Translations under genes and position numbers: made by a program
Notes under the pieces: model-generated
The model's input: only the letters and a program-made list of their open reading frames with translations
Told to the model about the DNA's origin: nothing
The model's database searches: none
DNA from: Eubacteriales bacterium
GTDB taxonomy: Bacteria; Bacillota; Clostridia; Oscillospirales; CAG-272
Reading direction: 5' to 3'
Length of the DNA stretch: 64,000 nt
Assembly: GCA_045541375.1 (NCBI GenBank)
Contig: JAZQJB010000042.1
Coordinates: 981 to 64,980, forward strand
Shown here: piece by piece, positions 1-8,429 of the stretch
Layout of the letters: the number at the start of each line of letters is the position of its first letter
How positions within the stretch are numbered: position 1 is the stretch's first letter

Positions 1-878
1 GCGGAATGGTCGCAACCGTTCCCACGGGTCACACGGGTATTCTGACCACCTTCGGTAAGGTCGAGGATAAGACCCTCGAGGCGGGAATGCATATCAAATC
101 TCCCTTCCAGGAGATCGTGTGCATGGATAACAGAACCCAGGTCGCACATCTTGAGCTTTCGGCTTTTTCGAGCGACATCCAGGAGGTCCTCGTTTCCTAT
201 TCGATGAACTATCAGATCGAAAAGTCGAACGCGCAGAAGATCTACAAGGAGATCGGCGTCGATTATTACAACACCGTCATGGCGCCCCGAATCCAGGAGG
301 TCGTCAAGAGCGTGATTGCCAAATATACGGCTGAGGATCTTATCGAAAGCCGCGAGGCTCTTTCGGTTCAGATCACGGATTCCCTCATCGAACAGCTCGG
401 CGCTTACAATATCGTGGTCGTTTCGACTGCCGTTGAGGATATAGACTTCTCCGACGCCTTCACCGCGAGCGTTGAGGATAAGGTAGTAGCCGAGCAGGCT
501 CTTCTTAAGGCGCAGACCGAGCAGGCGCAGAAGACGATGGAGGAAGAAAAGGCGGCAGAACGTGAAAAGATCAAGGCTGCGGCAGACGCCGAGGTCAAGG
601 AAATTCAGGCGGCAGCCGACGCAGAGGTAGCCAAGATCAAGGCAGCTGCAGAGGCAGAAGCCAAAAAGCTTGCGGCAGATGCTGAAAAGTACGCGGGCGA
701 AAAGGAAGCGGAGGCTAACAAGGCTCTCGCAGAGTCGCTGACAGAGGCGCTTATCAAGTATTACGAGGCTCTCGGTTGGGACGGTAAGCTCCCCGAAACC
801 GTTGTCAGCGGCACCGATACCATCCTGCCCGTTCTTGGCGGCGGTACCGTTAACACTCCCGCAGAAGGATCGAATTAA
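1..878 (+). CDS. SPFH/band-7 (prohibitin-like) domain protein, probably truncated at the window start
   Basis: ORF 6..878. TGHTGILTTFGKV...MAPRIQEVVKSVIAKYTAEDLIESRE is SPFH-like, followed by an Ala/Glu/Lys coiled-coil tail. No N-terminal membrane anchor is visible. Confidence 0.85.
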   Translation, partial: GMVATVPTGHTGILTTFGKVEDKTLEAGMHIKSPFQEIVCMDNRTQVAHLELSAFSSDIQEVLVSYSMNYQIEKSNAQKIYKEIGVDYYNTVMAPRIQEVVKSVIAKYTAEDLIESREALSVQITDSLIEQLGAYNIVVVSTAVEDIDFSDAFTASVEDKVVAEQALLKAQTEQAQKTMEEEKAAEREKIKAAADAEVKEIQAAADAEVAKIKAAAEAEAKKLAADAEKYAGEKEAEANKALAESLTEALIKYYEALGWDGKLPETVVSGTDTILPVLGGGTVNTPAEGSN

Positions 879-891
879 CGCATTTTTCCTG

Positions 892-921
892 TTGACTCCG
901 CAATAACAATTATGCTATAAT
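892..921 (+). promoter_or_regulatory. Sigma-A-type promoter, TTGACT-N18-TATAAT
   Basis: Hexamers at 892-897 and 916-921. Would transcribe the structured leader ahead of the lipoprotein gene at 1151. Confidence 0.55.
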
Positions 922-1150
922 ATTATTAGTTGATTGTAAAAAAACGCAATAATTAATAGAATCCGTTTTTTTGGCGGCTTTGCCGCCAAAAAAACACCTA
1001 CCCGACGAGCAAAGCGAGTCCGCGCGCCGAGGGGAGCTGCCAAAATCGCAGATTTTGGCAAGCGGCGATAAGCGCGCGTATCCCCGCCGCGCGGGTATCA
1101 ATTGTAAAACGCAGTTTTACAATTGGATTATAATACGGAAAGGAGAAATT

Positions 1151-2638
1151 ATGAAACACTTTTACAGATTTTTGGCACTATTTATGGCTCTATGCATGAT
1201 TTTCCCGCTTTCCGCGTGTCTTGGCGAGGAGGCGGAGGAAACGACAGCGACGCCTTCCACATCAGCCGAGGAAACAACGGCAGAGGTAACTCTCCCGCCG
1301 GAAGAGGAAACCACAACTCTCTACGATAAGCTGGCAGCGATGGAGCCTATTGCACTTTTGCGGCAAAGCGCAAAAAATACAAGAAATTATAAAAGCTTTA
1401 TCAAAACTACCGAAATTTCCTTTGATATCCCCGATGTCGGAAAACAAACGAAACAGATCGTCTATATAAAAAACCACGATAATTTTTCGGAAAAGCTTTT
1501 GGTAGACGATGAACTGCAAAGCTTCATAATGTATTCTGACAGCATATTTGCATTCTATGTTTCAATGATCGGAGATATGGGATATTCCGCAGTTGTTGAA
1601 AACGAAGAGCAATATAAGAAGCTCGAGGGCAACGGTCCTACCATATCAAATCCCATGTTGTTTGATTTTTCGGGCAACGAAAACTTTGGTGACGGCATCG
1701 TTTCCGCGGGCGACGAGGGTTTTATCGTAAATATAGACCTCACCGATAAGGGAAAGAACCGCCTTGTTGGCAACGTCCCCGGTGCGCCGGAATCTCCATA
1801 CACAGTCGGAAAAGCGGGAATCGTTGCCTGGATAGACCGCGAGGGAAATATCGTAAGCATTTCTCTTGAAGCCGAGCTTATGTTAAAGCAGCTTGGCAAG
1901 GAACAGCAAATCGATTTCAGGACGTACAGTACGCTCGAGAGGATCGGCGAAGACATACAAATTACTCCTCCCGATGAACTTTCGATCTATCAATTCGAAA
2001 AATTCAACACGTTCTACAATTTCATCTCCAAATTAACCTATAATTACTACCGCGTGGTCAACTACGGAAACAGCTTCAACTTTTCAAATAAAATTAAGAT
2101 CACAAAGATCGAAAACAACAAATGGGAAGAATTATATAATCATACTGTTTACGGAAGATACCGGAAGGATGAAAGCGTAGAGGTTACGCATGAAATATAC
2201 AAATTTGGTGATATAGCACCGAGAGAAACTATCGTATATAGCTTTGCGGACGGAAAGATCACTCACACCGATTTCGACGGTGCGAAAACCGAGCGGAACG
2301 ATATTTCGGCAGACGGACTGTATAATTACGTTTTTTACGGAATGTTCGGAAATTTCATCGGCTATTATAAGCCGGATAAGCTGCTTGCCGAAAAAAACAA
2401 ATACACCTTTACTCTCACAGACGAAGTAGCTTTAGAGTATCTGAAAGAATATCTTGCTCTTGCAGGTTTGGACGCCGACCGGTGCGAAGTCGAGTTTTTA
2501 AGACAGGTCGTAGCATACGCCTCTGACACCCAAAACAGCGAAATCGACTCCGTGCAAATTTTTCTTGAGGTTAAAATAAAATACGAGGGAAGGCAATTCA
2601 CACTCACAATAAATGACTTGCTAAATCAAGCCTTTTGA
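1151..2638 (+). CDS. Hypothetical lipoprotein with a Thr/Glu-rich linker; paralog-like to 49689..51116 and 51133..52524
   Basis: ATG at 1151 follows AGGAGA. Signal peptide plus lipobox MKHFYRFLALFMALCMIFPLSAC. The ORF-track start at 971 lies in a structured leader. Confidence 0.75.
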   Translation: MKHFYRFLALFMALCMIFPLSACLGEEAEETTATPSTSAEETTAEVTLPPEEETTTLYDKLAAMEPIALLRQSAKNTRNYKSFIKTTEISFDIPDVGKQTKQIVYIKNHDNFSEKLLVDDELQSFIMYSDSIFAFYVSMIGDMGYSAVVENEEQYKKLEGNGPTISNPMLFDFSGNENFGDGIVSAGDEGFIVNIDLTDKGKNRLVGNVPGAPESPYTVGKAGIVAWIDREGNIVSISLEAELMLKQLGKEQQIDFRTYSTLERIGEDIQITPPDELSIYQFEKFNTFYNFISKLTYNYYRVVNYGNSFNFSNKIKITKIENNKWEELYNHTVYGRYRKDESVEVTHEIYKFGDIAPRETIVYSFADGKITHTDFDGAKTERNDISADGLYNYVFYGMFGNFIGYYKPDKLLAEKNKYTFTLTDEVALEYLKEYLALAGLDADRCEVEFLRQVVAYASDTQNSEIDSVQIFLEVKIKYEGRQFTLTINDLLNQAF

Positions 2639-2789
2639 TATTATTCAGCTTACTCAGCGCTAAAATAGCATCCGAGAGGAAATATACCCGCAATATGTGC
2701 ACATTGTCGTATTTTACGCGTTTTCTTGGATTAGTTTTAGTGATAGTAAACAAACCTATCGTCAAATTGCCTAAACGATAAATTAGTTA

Positions 2790-2818
2790 TTGACATTTAG
2801 GTTTGAAAGTGGTATAAT
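2790..2818 (+). promoter_or_regulatory. Perfect consensus promoter, TTGACA-N17-TATAAT
   Basis: Hexamers at 2790-2795 and 2813-2818. About 235 nt upstream of the small ORF at 3055. Confidence 0.7.
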
Positions 2819-3054
2819 ATTTCTAATAAGAATTATAGGATGTAAAATTGTCTGCAAATTCCAAAATAATTCTGAAAATATTCGAAAAATTTTCCGCAAC
2901 CGTGCAACTTTTTCGAAAAAAAGTTGTCTATATAAGTAGAGGGGAAATTCCAAAGCTTCTCCAACAAATTTGAGGTCTTGACGGAACGCGTGTTTTCTTT
3001 CAACACTGCTGCGACACCGGGCGATGAGCGTCACACTCGCCCGGGAGGTCTGAC

Positions 3055-3171
3055 ATGTCGGTGATTGATAGCGTCAAGGAAGATGCGCGCAACAGTCTCC
3101 ACCGCGCCAAATCCGAAAAAAACAAAGGCAAGACGCAGTTGCCGGCGTTTAATCGGGTTTGGCACGGATAA
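3055..3171 (+). CDS. Unannotated small ORF, 38 aa (MSVIDSVKEDARNSLHRAKSEKNKGKTQLPAFNRVWHG)
   Basis: GGGAGG at 3043-3048 lies 6 nt before the ATG. The ORF ends 10 nt before a strong intrinsic terminator (3181..3217). It is below the ORF-track size cutoff. Confidence 0.4.
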   Translation: MSVIDSVKEDARNSLHRAKSEKNKGKTQLPAFNRVWHG

Positions 3172-3180
3172 ATTAAACAA

Positions 3181-3217
3181 ACACCCGACCGAATACGCGG
3201 TCGGGTGTTTGGCTTTT
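3181..3217 (+). terminator. Intrinsic terminator after the small ORF
   Basis: ACACCCGACC-loop-GGTCGGGTGT followed by a T-rich tail. Confidence 0.8.
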
Positions 3218-3463
3218 AGTGGACAGTGGTTAGTGGACAGTGGACAGAAAGATGCGTAATCTGCTTGTTTCGTTGATAACTTCGCAAGGTAATTAAATAT
3301 CATATAAAAATGTGAAAAGAGATCTCGGATATCAAGAAGTTTTTACTTCAAAGTATCCGAGATCATTCTTTTCATTAAATTATTTCCTAAACAATAGAAC
3401 GATAATTAAAATTAAATTATCACTCGCATTTTTCTGTCCACTGTCCACTGACCACTGTTCACT
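3218..3463. repeat. Heptad-repeat inverted-repeat element, copy 1 (MITE-like, carries a central bidirectional terminator hairpin)
   Basis: 39-nt arms AGTGGACAGTGGTTAGTGGACAGTGGACAGAAAGATGCG (3218-3256) and their imperfect complement (3425-3463). Central hairpin arms at 3321-3331 and 3354-3364. Confidence 0.8.
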
Positions 3464-4052
3464 TCTTCCCCAGCTTAACTATCTTGATTATTCTGACGAA
3501 AACGGGAGAGAGAAGCCCATTCATAAGTACTTCTATGATAAAATTGCCGAAGGCGAGGGCGATGAAAACGCCAAATCCTGCTTTATCAACGCCAACCATC
3601 TCGCCGATCGCTTGGGCGTGAGGCATAAAGAATACCGCGCTTCCGAGAAGAAAGATGCCGGTGTTGACGATAGGGCAGAGAAGCGAGGCGATGATCGCGG
3701 CAACGAATTTAAGCTTCGGTTCAAGCAGCTTGTAGACAAGTCCTGCAACGAATCCACAGCCCGCGCCCTTGAGAAGAACGGTGATGACGGTGCCGGGAAT
3801 GCTGAAGGCGAAGAAGAGAGCCGCGCCGCCGGTTGCAAGGACTACGATGCCAAAAACGAATCCGAGCCACGCGCCGACGAGGGGGCCGCAGAGGCAGGCA
3901 CCAATGGCGATCGGGATCAGTCCGATGGCGGTCGAGAAGGGTCCGAAGAAGGCGGTGTAGGTCGCGAGGAGCTGAAAGACAACGACGAGGGTCGTCATCA
4001 TCGCTGCCGTGACAAGTCTTCTTGTGCGTTCGCTGTTTCTTGTGTTTTTCAT
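3459..4052 (-). CDS. ECF transporter S (substrate-binding) component, possibly pantothenate-specific
   Basis: Small polytopic membrane protein. AGGAGG precedes the ATG at 4052. It lies directly downstream of coaX in the same orientation. Confidence 0.7.
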   Translation of the reverse strand: MKNTRNSERTRRLVTAAMMTTLVVVFQLLATYTAFFGPFSTAIGLIPIAIGACLCGPLVGAWLGFVFGIVVLATGGAALFFAFSIPGTVITVLLKGAGCGFVAGLVYKLLEPKLKFVAAIIASLLCPIVNTGIFLLGSAVFFMPHAQAIGEMVGVDKAGFGVFIALAFGNFIIEVLMNGLLSPVFVRIIKIVKLGKK

Positions 4053-4128
4053 AAATTCCTCCTTGCTGTCGTTTGCTTTCGCAATACAACGCTGAATAAA
4101 TTTATATTTAGCTCCGAAGAGCAAATAT

Positions 4129-4890
4129 TCAATTATTTTTGTTATAGATCAGATCAAGCCCGCGAAGAACGAGGTGCTCGTCGAAAGTATAGCTGTGGGT
4201 TATATAGGGTGTGATGAGGTGCGCTTGACTACCCGTGACGATGACCTGACGCTCGCCGTTTTCGGCAAATACGCGGTCGATCATACCGTCAATCATCGAG
4301 GCGTTACCGTAAATGATGCCCGAGCGCATACAATCGGCGGTGTTTTTGCCGATGACCTTATCGGGTGCGGAAAGCTCGACGGTCGGCAGAAGTGCCGCGC
4401 CGCTCGAAAGGGCTTCGAGTCCCATAAGCACGCCGGGGAGGATCGAGGTGCCCGCAAATGCACCGTCCGAATTGACGATCGTCATCTTCGTCGCCGTGTC
4501 GATATCGACGATGAGCGAGGGCGAGGTGTAAAGATTATGTGCGGCAACCGAGGCGCAGATAAGATCGCCGCCAACCGACGAGGGCATATCGCATCTGATG
4601 CCGATTCCCGTTTTGACGCCGGGGCCAACCGTCAGCGGTTCGATTCCGAAAAGGAAGAGAAGAGCGGATCTGATAACGGGATTGAGCTCGGGGAGAACCG
4701 AGGAGATTATGCTTCCCGTAAAGTCCGATCGGTCGCGCGAGTGGAGCGAGAGGACGGAAAGCAGAGAAACGGCGTATTCATCCGCGGTCTTTTTCCTGTC
4801 CGCGGCAATATGCGCGACAAAATCAAGCTCACCACCGTCAAAACCGCCGATATTTATCACCGAATTGCCAATATCAAGCGCTAAAATCAA
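4129..4890 (-). CDS. coaX: Type III pantothenate kinase
   Basis: MILALDIGNSVINIGGF..., ASKHA-fold CoaX pattern, 253 aa. Confidence 0.9.
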   Translation of the reverse strand: MILALDIGNSVINIGGFDGGELDFVAHIAADRKKTADEYAVSLLSVLSLHSRDRSDFTGSIISSVLPELNPVIRSALLFLFGIEPLTVGPGVKTGIGIRCDMPSSVGGDLICASVAAHNLYTSPSLIVDIDTATKMTIVNSDGAFAGTSILPGVLMGLEALSSGAALLPTVELSAPDKVIGKNTADCMRSGIIYGNASMIDGMIDRVFAENGERQVIVTGSQAHLITPYITHSYTFDEHLVLRGLDLIYNKNN

Positions 4891-4921
4891 GTCCTCGCCC
4901 CCTCTTATCTAAGTTTTCTAA

Positions 4922-4950
4922 ATTATACCACAATCAAAACGATTTGTCAA
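4922..4950 (-). promoter_or_regulatory. Perfect consensus promoter for the coaX operon
   Basis: Reverse complement reads TTGACA (4950-4945), N17, TATAAT (4927-4922). Confidence 0.75.
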
Positions 4951-5042
4951 GGGTGAGGAAACTGCATTAATTGCTTTTGGCAAAGGGTTGTTATTTGTTT
5001 GATTTGCAAAATGGAGTTTGGGATAAACATATAATTAATCAA

Positions 5043-5653
5043 CTTTTGGAAGATTTTCTCGCTGCGCTCGAAAAACGGTATCTTATTAAAACGCCTCATT
5101 CGTCACGCTCACGCGTGCCACCTTCCCCCACCGGGGAAGGCTGCTTAATTGGTCGATAACCTTTAACTTTTCAGCGAACATCATTTACTGCTATAATTCT
5201 ATTTAGGCAAATAGGAATAATTTATTTGATTAATTTTGTGCTCGTAATAGAGTCGTTGCAAACATTTTCAAATAATATTCCACTTTGATATGTAAAATTA
5301 TGTTGCTAAATCAGCTTTGATGAATATTCATCGATTATTGACACACTTCGTCGAGTTTGACTGTCTTTAGTCGAAAAGTGGAGACATTCAGCCGACAAGC
5401 AAGCCCTGCTGTGTTGAGTGCGAACATCGAATATAGAGATAGAGAAATCAAGTAAATAAGAACTGTGCAAGTTATTTAATGCTTTTTATACTTATGAACA
5501 AAAGTGCATTATTGCACTTAACGAAATTCAGAAAATTTGAGCGTTACTAACAGTCAGCCTTCCCCGGTGGGGGAAGGGGGACCACGAAGTGGGGAATGAG
5601 GCGTTTTGATAAGATACTGTTTTTCGAGCGTAGCGAGAAAATCTTCCAAAAGG
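5043..5653 (+). repeat. Large hairpin-forming intergenic element, copy 1 (with ~250-nt extra insert)
   Basis: ~100-nt imperfect inverted arms at 5043-5143 and 5555-5653. Conserved core at 5213-5281. Confidence 0.8.
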
Positions 5654-5780
5654 TAATTTCACTAAAGCTGCTATAAAAATTCATTTTGCCGAGCAATAGC
5701 TTGTTAGATATTTTGAAATTCAGCCAACTCTCCCCCCCTCTAAGTCAACCATTGTTGACATTCGCGTTTAGGGTTTTTTC

Positions 5781-5809
5781 TTGACATTTTGCATAAAATG
5801 GTATATAAT
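5781..5809 (+). promoter_or_regulatory. Perfect consensus promoter for the acyltransferase gene
   Basis: TTGACA 5781-5786, N17, TATAAT 5804-5809. Confidence 0.75.
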
Positions 5810-5848
5810 TATACGTGTATGCAAAAATTCCCCTTTATTGGAGGTCTT

Positions 5849-7066
5849 ATGAAAAAGAAGAAAAAGGATACGAAATGGCGAAAGTGGCGGCATTTGGTCG
5901 TTCGAAATATCGCTTACTGCATCCTCAGACCCTACGTTCATTTCAAGTATGGCATCAAGATAGAAAGATATAAGGAGCAGGAAAAACGTCCCTACCTCAT
6001 TCTGCTCAACCATCAGACGCCCTTTGATCAGTTCTTCGTCGGAATGACTCTGCGCGGCACCGTTTACTATATGGCGACCGAGGACATTTTCTCGAACGGC
6101 TGGATCTCGAAGGTCATCAAGTACCTCGTCGCGCCGATCCCGATCAAAAAACAGACCACCGACATCCGCGCGATACTGAATTGCCTGAAGGTGGCAAAGG
6201 AGGGCGGCTCGATCGCCATCGCGCCCGAGGGCAACCGCACATACAGCGGACGCACCGAATATATGAACCCCTCGATCGTCTCGCTCGCGCGCAAGCTCGG
6301 AATGCCCATCCTGCTTTACCGCATCGAGGGCGGCTACGGAAGCGAGCCGCGCTGGAGCGACGTTGTGCGCAAGGGTAAGATGCGCGTTTACTGCGCGCGT
6401 ACCGTTCAGCCCGAGGAATACGCGGGTATGACCGATGACGAGCTCTTTGCCGTCATCCGCGACACGCTCTACGTCGATGAGGCTTGCGAGGATTTTGAGT
6501 ATAAGCACAAAAAACTTGCCGAATACCTCGAGCGAGCGATCTACTATTGCCCCTTCTGCGGACTTTCCGAATTCGAAAGCAACGGCGATATAATTAAATG
6601 TAAGAAATGCGGCAGGGAGATACGTTATCTGCCCTCGAAAAAGCTCGAGGGCGTGGGATTTGACTTCCCGCACGAGTACGTTGCGGGCTGGTATGACGCG
6701 CAAAAGGACTTTATGAACTCGCTCGACGTCACCGCTTACGGCTCGGACGTCATCTACACCGACCGCGCGCGCATCTCGGAGGTCATCGTTTACGACCGCA
6801 AGGTCCCGCTTTGCAAGGATGCCGAGATCACCCTTTGCGGCGACAGGATCGCCGCCCGCGGAGAGGGTATCGATCTTGAATTCCCCTTCGACGAGGCGAC
6901 TGCCGTCACAGTTCTTGGCAAAAACAAGGCGAACATATACCACGGCGGCAAGATCTATCAGCTCAAGGGCGGCAAACGTTTCAACGCTCTGAAATACGTC
7001 CATATCTATCACAGATACAAAAACATAATTAAAGGAGACGAAAATGAGCAATTTTTGGGACTTTAG
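5849..7066 (+). CDS. Lysophospholipid (1-acyl-sn-glycerol-3-phosphate) acyltransferase family protein with a C-terminal Cys-rich extension
   Basis: NHQTPFDQ (HX4D-like) and IAPEGNR acyltransferase motifs. ATG at 5849 follows GGAGG. A perfect promoter lies at 5781..5809. Confidence 0.8.
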   Translation: MKKKKKDTKWRKWRHLVVRNIAYCILRPYVHFKYGIKIERYKEQEKRPYLILLNHQTPFDQFFVGMTLRGTVYYMATEDIFSNGWISKVIKYLVAPIPIKKQTTDIRAILNCLKVAKEGGSIAIAPEGNRTYSGRTEYMNPSIVSLARKLGMPILLYRIEGGYGSEPRWSDVVRKGKMRVYCARTVQPEEYAGMTDDELFAVIRDTLYVDEACEDFEYKHKKLAEYLERAIYYCPFCGLSEFESNGDIIKCKKCGREIRYLPSKKLEGVGFDFPHEYVAGWYDAQKDFMNSLDVTAYGSDVIYTDRARISEVIVYDRKVPLCKDAEITLCGDRIAARGEGIDLEFPFDEATAVTVLGKNKANIYHGGKIYQLKGGKRFNALKYVHIYHRYKNIIKGDENEQFLGL

Positions 7067-8429
7067 TGTATGGGCTTGGATCAACACCTTCGCGGTGCTA
7101 CTCGGAAGCCTTCTTGTGGGCAATATGCTCAAGCGCAGCATTCCTTTTCTCCGCGATTCGCTGACCCCCACGTCGGTCGTTGGCGGAATCATCCTTCTCA
7201 TCGTTGCCGCCATTTATAAGGCGATAACGGGCGAGGTTATGTTTGACACCGCCGCATTCGGCACCAACGGCACTGCTCACCTCGAGATCATTACATATCA
7301 CGCACTCGCGCTCGGATTTATTGCGTCGTCATTCAAAACGACGAATTCGAAGCTGACAAAAAAGCGATCGGCAGAGATATTCAACACAGGCGTGACCACA
7401 GTTGCTACCTATCTTCTCCAGGGTTCAGTAGGACTGATAATCACAATTCTTGCCACTTTTGTCATCAAGGACTTCTTTGCGGCGGCGGGCGTGCTTCTCC
7501 CCTTCGGCTACGGTCAGGGCACGGGTCAGGCGCTCAACTACGGCACGATCTATGAGGTCGAGCACGGATTTGTCGGCGGCAAGAGCTTCGGTCTGACTAT
7601 TGCGGCACTCGGCTTCCTTTCGGCTTCAATCGGCGGAGTTATCCACCTCAACATTATGAAGAAGCGCGGACGCATCGTTCTTTCGACCAGAAATGACGGA
7701 AGCACGCATTCCGAAGAGGTCGATCCCGAGGGCGAGATTCCGCTTCAGGAGAGCATCGACAAGTTCACCGTGCAGATCGCGCTGATCATCGTGGCATATA
7801 TCGCCGCGTATCTTTTGATGTTCGTGCTCGGAAACCTGCTTCCCGGTATGAAATCGGTCATTTACGGCTTCAACTTCCTGCTTGGCGTGCTGACTGCGAC
7901 GCTTATCAAGCTCCTTATGAATTTTCTGCACAAAAAGCAGATCATCCACCGCAAATACACCAACAACTTCCTTATGACCCGCGCTTCCAACTTCTTCTTC
8001 GACCTTATGGTCGTTGCAGGGGTTGCGGCTATCAGACTTGACATTCTTGAAAGCTCTTGGGGAATCCTGCTCATTCTCGCAGTTGTCGGTCTCGCCGTCA
8101 CATTCATTTACAACCGCATCGTGGCAAAGGTTCTTTTCCCCGACTATTATGAGGAGCAGTTCCTTATGATGTACGGTATGCTGACGGGCACCGCGAGCAC
8201 GGGCATCATCCTTCTCCGCGAGATCGACGGCGAGTTCAAGACCCCCGCGTCGGACAATATGGTATATCAGAACTTTCCCGCGATAGTTTTCGGCTTCCCG
8301 ATGATGTTCCTGGCGACACTCGCGCCCACAAAGCCCGTCCTTGTTCTCATCATCTTCATCCTCTTCTTTGCGGGAATGAATATTCTGCTTTTCAGAAGCA
8401 AGATCTTCAAGAAAAAGGCTAAGAAATGA
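7044..8429 (+). CDS. Sodium/glutamate symporter (GltS) family membrane protein
   Basis: Polytopic membrane protein. N-terminal LLGSLLVGNMLKRSIPFLRDSLTPTSVVGG and GYGQGTGQA resemble E. coli GltS segments. Confidence 0.62.
   Translation: MSNFWDFSVWAWINTFAVLLGSLLVGNMLKRSIPFLRDSLTPTSVVGGIILLIVAAIYKAITGEVMFDTAAFGTNGTAHLEIITYHALALGFIASSFKTTNSKLTKKRSAEIFNTGVTTVATYLLQGSVGLIITILATFVIKDFFAAAGVLLPFGYGQGTGQALNYGTIYEVEHGFVGGKSFGLTIAALGFLSASIGGVIHLNIMKKRGRIVLSTRNDGSTHSEEVDPEGEIPLQESIDKFTVQIALIIVAYIAAYLLMFVLGNLLPGMKSVIYGFNFLLGVLTATLIKLLMNFLHKKQIIHRKYTNNFLMTRASNFFFDLMVVAGVAAIRLDILESSWGILLILAVVGLAVTFIYNRIVAKVLFPDYYEEQFLMMYGMLTGTASTGIILLREIDGEFKTPASDNMVYQNFPAIVFGFPMMFLATLAPTKPVLVLIIFILFFAGMNILLFRSKIFKKKAKK

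Noticed and set aside
966-994. T7-GGCGGC-TTT-GCCGCC-A7 considered as the terminator of the SPFH gene.
   Set aside because: The T and A runs pair with each other, leaving no 3' U-tract on either strand. It is kept only as a hairpin within the leader.
3035-3060. GGGCGATGAG... resembles the 5' end of fluoride (crcB) riboswitches.
   Set aside because: The rest of the motif is missing: no second helix, and no GCUGAUG-type 3' strand complementary to the loop. The downstream AGCGTC is a direct repeat of the loop, not a complementary one.
3218-3256. Tandem heptads and repeated 39-mers considered as a CRISPR array or a coding Cys/His repeat.
   Set aside because: There are only two inverted arms per locus, no spacer-repeat periodicity and no cas genes. 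All reading frames through them lack starts.
3312-4214. 300-aa plus-strand ORF spanning the heptad repeat and the ECF S-component locus.
   Set aside because: It starts inside the repeat element and runs antisense to a convincing membrane-protein gene. The product is a charged low-complexity sequence.
5768-7213. Long antisense ORFs. Examples: 5768..7213(-), 10961..11878(+), 14809..15675(+), 15879..17045(+), 17170..18417(+), 20782..22698(+), 26931..28580(+), 29348..30745(+), 36430..37644(+), 43892..44797(-), 46466..47677(+), 58644..59585(+).
   Set aside because: Each lies opposite a gene with clear family motifs and a good RBS. Their translations are low-complexity (Arg/Gly/Val/Asp-rich) with no motifs and no SD. 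This is the typical shadow-ORF pattern in moderately GC-rich coding DNA.
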